Shown here in pieces: positions 27,073 to 33,450 of a stretch of DNA of 33,450 bases (positions are counted from its first letter, which is position 1; every line of letters starts with the position of its first letter). The translations under genes were made by a program, and so were the position numbers. The notes under the pieces were generated by a model, which was not told the DNA's origin, ran no database searches, and worked only from the letters and a program-made list of their open reading frames with translations. Source of the DNA: Chiloscyllium plagiosum (taxonomy: Eukaryota); the NCBI RefSeq assembly GCF_004010195.1, contig NC_057751.1:10799831-10833280 (forward strand), in the 5' to 3' direction.

Positions 27073-27836
27073 TGTTATGAAGTTGAAGGCATGTACTGTA
27101 CTTTTAAGAGAGAGTGAATGATATTCTGCACTGAGAGCTTACAAGCACATGTGATATAACAAGAAAGCAGTCTCACAGTGTACTTGAAAATATGTAACAT
27201 TTGGCTGTGAAATGGAGACCTGAATTGGTTGCTGTTTTGACAATAATTCGAATTTAACCAATCAGTTTAAATTATGCCCCAGGATACTAATACCCATCAA
27301 GTTTGAATTTATTGTTTTACCAACATCAAGCCAATAAGACATTCCGATTTTGGAGATATATAAATGCAGACATTTTGAAAATTGCAGACAGAGCAACTGC
27401 CATCAACACAGATCCAAGAAATTAGGAAACACTCTCTATCAAAGGTACCTTTTCATATGAAACTTATTTGCAGTAAAAAGAAAGATGACCATCCAGGGAG
27501 ATCTTCAGCCAGAAGAAGTCAGACACTGAAGATGACAGCCACTGTATGGTTTTGAAATTAAATTGATGTAATTTCAATAAGTGTCTTATTGGCACAGTAT
27601 ACTGTTATAGAGTTGGAAGGCAGTAATAAGCAGTTAAGACAAAGGGGAGCTTAGAGTTGTGAATAGTTCTTGTTGAATGTTCATTTTTAGAGTTAAAAAA
27701 TAAATTGATATTCTTTTCTTCAAATAGTAGAATTTGGGAGTTCTGTGTGACTCATTTTAAACAGACGACAAGGCAAGGTGAGCGTTTCTGGGTGTTTGGT
27801 TTAATGAACGGAAGAGTTCACTGCCATGTCGCAACA
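27073..27836 (+). mobile_element. Solo LTR with 4-bp TSD
   Basis: Termini TGTTATGA...TCGCAACA; GTTG duplicated at 27069-27072 and 27837-27840; TATATAAA at ~27357, AATAAA at ~27699. Confidence 0.8.
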
Positions 27837-27877
27837 GTTGCAAATGTCAAACTACACACTCCCAAACTTGGATTAAA

Positions 27878-28450
27878 TGTTTTTAATGACCAGACCAAAT
27901 CCCTTGCAAATATATCTAGACCTGAACATTTTCTTATTTAAAGACAAGTGTAAAGTGCAGTGTTCTGGATGTGGTTCGGTTGGTTGCACGGCTTTCAGCA
28001 AAACACACTTAATTCTTACCCTATAGTTAAAATACAAACACAAGGAAGAAGAATTGGAATAAGCTAACTCTATTGGAAAACCAAACCGAGTAATAGATTA
28101 TTTAACAGCAGCAACTGTTCCAATGTACTAACATGTCATAAACATCCTTGACAAAGGCAAAGTCAGTAAAACAGATAGTCTTGCATGCAGTTCTGACAGC
28201 AGAGAGACAAGCTCCAGCTTTTAGCTGTAGATGAATAACAGCTTCCACAACCAGCTTTGAAAACCTCAGTTCTGACTGAAAGCTAAACTAAAACCCTGGT
28301 TCTGTGGGAGCCTGACTCCATTCCTTCGTGCTGCTTCTGTTGTTCCAACTTTGTGTTTAAAAGACACCAGGCCTCAAAAGCTGTTTGTTTTATTGGCTTG
28401 AAACAGACTGCTTGGCAACCTCTTCTCAAAAAAAAGGCAAAATTCGAGTG
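27878..28450. mobile_element. LTR-like repeat related in reverse orientation to 4875-5494
   Basis: Its reverse complement shares 'cactttacac...gaaaa.gtt.aggtct...ggtctgg' and 'gtgtttatg...ttggaac' blocks with 5240-5490; right boundary uncertain. Confidence 0.4.
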
Positions 28451-28509
28451 TCATCTCATTGTTCACCTTTGACTTAAACATTGACTGAATAATTTATCAA
28501 AAATGCTGA

Positions 28510-28662
<153 letters not shown>

Positions 28663-30465
28663 TGAAGGAAACTGGCTTTGACCAGCATGAGATCAAAATG
28701 CAACATCTTAGTCATTTATTTCAGTCACTCATTTCTAGTCGCACTCCACTCCTGTCCACTTCTATGTCATGGTCCTTGACTTTGCCTCTCTGCTCCAAAG
28801 CTAAAAAGACTGAACAGTTGTCAGAATTGAAGGTGGCAGTGTTAATCCCCAATGAACTGCTGAATAATTTGAACTGGCTATTTGGGCTGCAAAGACCCAA
28901 ATTGTCCGTATGTGCCTACAACCTAACACAATGGGCAACAAATTCTGCCACGCTAAAAATAAATATTCATGTTTCTTTACTTGCATAAGCCCAGAGGCAA
29001 TCCAGTTCCAGATAGACATGGGTTTGGGTTTCATCTGAGCATGTTGAAGGGAACGACTTGTCACCGCCAATTTGCATATCTTGCACTACTAGGTTCTGAT
29101 CAGTTTCTGTTTTACCTGTCAGCTTTTGCCAAAGTACATGATTCACTATAGCATGCAGCTGAAGTGTAAATGAATGCCTGCCCCACCTGGTGCTTTTACT
29201 TTCAGCTCTAATCTATATGCTGTGCTGACTCCTCCATCTTTTAATGTACCCTGTCACCCTTGCATGATTAAGCCTGCCACAAGAAGGCCTGTTTTTTTTC
29301 TCCCTCCTACTCCAGTGCAGACTATTAATGGAGCCAAGAAAGACCAGAAGACAATCACAATGATCTCTGTTCTCTGGGGTTGGCTCGTGGTTAATTGACC
29401 AAGTATGGAAAGCAGAAACAAAGTAGGAACTACTTATTTGCCACAAGGAAGAAGTACTAATTGGCTAGAAATATCTCTTCATTTATTGTTAGTGGCAGCA
29501 ACGGTTTAGGTTCCACTTGAGCTGGCAGGACCAGAAGTCTCTAAGTCTGCACTCAGATGAGTTTTTGCAACTTTGTACAGAGGAATAAATTAAAGCATCT
29601 TAACATGTTGATGAAACAGTCATATGAAATTCAAACTTAGAAATATGACTGGTTGCAAGGGCAGGATTGTACCGTAATGAATCAATGTATTTCCGATATC
29701 AAAAATAAAAGTCGCAATTAAAATAAAGCACACTTTATTTTTGTATTTCCTGCTGGATTCCTGCTTGCGAAAGTAATTCAAAGTGTAAATCACTACATTC
29801 TGAAGCCATTGGCTTTGACATTGTGATTCCTCAAAATAATTCAATAATTTGATTTATTTTGACATTGATATTTGTAATAACTGCTATTTATTTTGCACTG
29901 TTAAAACAATGAGCTTTCCAAATGCACTTCTCAGGAATTGTATCAAGCAAAATATGGCACTGAGTAGGTTGAGAGATTTGAGGAAAGATGATGATTTGAA
30001 CAATGTTCCTAAGTGAAGAAAGAGAGGTGGATAGGTTTTGGGATGCAGTGGCATTTCTTTGTCTGGGGCCTCTGCATCTGAAGGCACAATGGAGATTGGT
30101 TGATTAGTTAAAATTATGGATGTGTAGACATGCTGAACAGAGCTCAAAAAGTCAAAATATTTTGAAATTGGAGAAGCCATTGAAGAACACTGAAATAAGT
30201 TTGCACATTTTGAAGTTGAAATGTAGATCACCGAGCAGAGAACTGAATGGGACTTGATGCAATTCTTGAAAATACTTGGAACCATTTTGTTTTGAATAAG
30301 AAATTAAACTGTACATCCTGCTGATCACAGGAGGAAAACTCCTCCCTCCACTGACTATCATAAAGTGAACAAATCTGGACAGAAATAAGATGTTATGATA
30401 TTGTGTAAAAGACATGCTATTTCTTGAGAATTCTCATTTTTACCTCTTTTTCTGTCATCTCTTAG

Positions 30466-30588
30466 TTTCCTTCTCCTGAGTGGGATACGGTTACTCCAGA
30501 GGCCAAGAATCTCATCAATCAGATGCTGACAATTAACCCTGCCAAGCGTATTACTGCCACTGAGGCACTGAAACACCCCTGGGTCTGT
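30466..30588 (+). CDS. CAMK2B: CaMKII exon 10: [41 protein letters not shown]
   Basis: 123 nt; ctcttag|T acceptor, TGT|gtaagt donor. Confidence 0.97.
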
Positions 30589-30886
30589 GTAAGTGTTCAT
30601 CTATGGTCATTGCACAGGAGCTGCAGGAGTGAATGCATCCCTCACCTTTGTATCTAGCAAAGAAGGCTGGACGGCATTTATCATGTCATTTAAGTGAATG
30701 TTAGATTTTAGCCTGCCAACAGGCCCTCCAGTTTCTACATGTCATGTGGATCGTTTGGATATAACCCCTTGACCTTAAACAGAAATGAGTGACCAAGATT
30801 GAATGGGATATGATAGAGGTGAACTGCTGTATTGTGACGATGCTCAGTTCACTCTGCAAGCAAGTTAATGAAGCATCTGTACTTAG

Positions 30887-31324
<438 letters not shown>

Positions 31325-31514
31325 TGAAATCTATTTTGAATTTTGAATATTTCTATGAAATCAGACATTTGGGGGGCAAACCCTACTGTAGATATCTTCT
31401 CACCAGACCTTAAACCTGTGAAGTCCAGAACATTGTCTCCCGATTCAGTTGGTGTCAATCACTTAACATTGCATTAACAAAATGAACTGCACAAAATACT
31501 GAAAATGATCAGGT

Positions 31515-31650
31515 TATTCTGATGAAAGAGAGGTCATTAACCTCACCTTAATTTGATTTCACTCTGCACAATTGCTAGCTGTTCTGATGAATATTTCCAG
31601 CATTTTTGTTTTTTGTTTCAGAATTCCAGCATCTGCAGCATTTTATTTTT
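31515..31650 (+). repeat. Degenerate Penelope-derived short repeat
   Basis: 'ttctgatgaaag..aggtcattaacct' followed by 'atttccagcattt...ttccagcatctgcag'; related remnants at ~11625-11770 and ~13050-13210. Confidence 0.4.
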
Positions 31651-31814
31651 GTGATCACTCTTGAAATTGTGGTGAATTTATTTCTTGGAAATGGAGCACC
31701 ACATAATCTCAACTCGATCCAATTAAAACAACAGGTGTTACGCTGTTCTCCTCTCGACTGAGATTCCACTGGAGATCAATGTGAGGCCTAAACTTTTCAC
31801 AAATTAAATCAAAG

Positions 31815-33158
31815 AACATGGATGAAGGGAGCAAAAATGTGGTTGCTAAATTTGCTGATGACAAAAGCTAGACAGAAAAGATAGTGTAACAAGGCCACAA
31901 AGAGATATGGATAAGACTATAAGACACAGCTGCAGAAACTAGGCAATTCAGCCTATCGAATCTGCTCTGCCATTTTCTCATCCCCATTCTCCCACTTTCT
32001 CCCCGTAACCCTTGATCCCCTTGACAATCAAGAACCTATGTATCTCAGTCTTAAATATACTCAATGACCTGGCTTCCACAGCCTTCTTTGGCAGTAAATT
32101 CCATAGATTTACCTCACTCTGGCTGAAGAAGTTTCTCCTTACTTCTGTTCTAAAAGACCTTTACTCTCAGGCTGTGCCCTTGGGTCTTAGTCTCTCCTAC
32201 CAATGAAAACATCTTCCCCAACATCCACTCTGTCCAAGCCATTCAGTACTCTGTAAGTTACAAATGAGATCCCCCCCTCATCCTTCTAAACTCCATCGAG
32301 TGTATACCCAGACTCCTCAAACATTCTTCGTATGGCAAGCTTGTCATTCCTGGGACGATTCTCGTGAACCTCATCTGAACCTCCTCCAGGGCCAGTACAT
32401 CCTTCCTGAGATATGGGGCCCAAAACATCACACAATACTCCAAATGTGGCCTGACCAGACCCTTATAGAGCCTCAGAAATACATCCCTGCTTTTATATTC
32501 AAAATAAATGCCATCATTGCCTTTGCCTTCCTAACTCCTGACTCAGTAGTTTAGCAGAGATCTGTACAATGTAGAGAAATGTGAAATTGTCCATCTTGTC
32601 AGGAAGAATAAGTAAGAAGCTGATCATGGAAATAATGATAGGTTGGAAGGCTTTGAGAGGCAGAGTGGGATCTGGGAGCCTTCGAGTGCGAATTGTAAAA
32701 GGTTTGAGTGTATATACAGCATGTAATTAGCAAGGAAATTAAATGCAAAAGTAAGGAATTATGCTTGAGTAGTACAAGGCACTAAGGGTGAAATATTTGG
32801 ACTACTGAGTAAAGTGAAGGACTGTGATTTCATTGAAACATGAAGGACTCTTAAGAGGCGTGATAGGGGAAATGCTGCGAGCATACTTCCCCTCATGAGA
32901 GAGTCATGGACCAGAGGGCATAGTCTGAGAATAAATGGGTGCCAGTTAAAGACTGCTAAAAGAAGGAATTTGTGCTATGAGGGTTGAGAGGCTGTCCACC
33001 TCCTTGCCACAGAGAGCTGTGGGAGGGTCAAGACTGAAATAGAAAGACCTTGATCAGTAGGGAAGTCAAGGGTTAATGAGAAGGGAAAGGAAAGTGAATG
33101 TGAGGAATGTCACATCAGCCATGGTCCGACTGGATGCCAAACAGCCTCGATGGGTCAA
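31815..33158 (+). mobile_element. Old CR1-like LINE fragment interrupted by a younger antisense CR1
   Basis: DEGSKNVVAKFADD (RT catalytic motif) at ~31821-31862; resumes at ~32550 with 'gaccagagggcatagtctgagaataa'-type 3' sequence. Confidence 0.7.
31917..32545 (-). mobile_element. CR1-like LINE 3' fragment
   Basis: The minus ORF 32258-32443 reads EYCVMFWAPYLRKDVLALEEVQMRFTRIVPGMTSLPYEECLRSLGIHSMEFRRMRG. Confidence 0.9.
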
Positions 33159-33161
33159 CTG

Positions 33162-33450
33162 GGAGAAAGTGAGGACTGCAGATGCTGGAGATCAGAGCTG
33201 AAAAATGTGTTGCTGGAAAAGCGCAGCAGGTCATGCAGCATCCAAGGAGCAGGGGAATCGATGTTTCGGGCATAAGCCCTTTTCAGGAATGAGGAAGGTG
33301 TGTCAAGCAGGCTAAGATAACAGGTAGGGAGGAGGACTTTGGGGAGGGGCATTGGGAATGCGATAGGTGGAAGGAGGTTAAGGTGAGGGGGTGGGGGCGG
33401 AGAGGTCGGGAAGAAGATTGCGGGTCAAGAAGGCGGTGCTGGGTCAAGAG
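33162..33450 (-). mobile_element. Penelope-like element 3' end (same family as 1-380) with a hammerhead-like motif at 33256-33290
   Basis: Reverse complement of 'ctccagcatctgcagtcctcactttctcc'; minus strand ATTC-CTGAAA-A-GGGC-ttat-GCCC-GAAACATC-GATT. Confidence 0.7.

Noticed and set aside
29884..30285. 133-aa minus-strand ORF
   Set aside because: No recognisable motif; antisense within intron 9

Overview
Eukaryotic genomic DNA, most likely from a cartilaginous fish: it carries HE1/V-SINE-type SINEs, CR1/HER1-like LINEs and Penelope-like elements. The window covers the middle of a CaMKII gene on the + strand, most likely CAMK2B. It contains kinase-domain exons 5-10 and regulatory-segment exon 11 (numbered as in mammalian CAMK2), separated by repeat-rich introns and one 500-N assembly gap. 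The main observation is two intact, anciently diverged 73-nt copies of exon 6, which encodes helix E and the catalytic HRDLK loop. The copy at 13587-13659 has the CaMKII-gamma-type peptide, and the copy at 17660-17732 has the alpha/beta-type peptide. Including both or skipping both creates a premature stop, so they look like a mutually exclusive pair. RBFOX/QKI/PTB-type motifs surround them, and a possible third 46-nt in-phase mini-exon lies just upstream. The introns also hold several Penelope-derived fold-back elements with minimal hammerhead ribozyme motifs, one of them between the two exon-6 copies. Most ORFs in the supplied track are spurious. All family names come from pattern recognition, not database searches.
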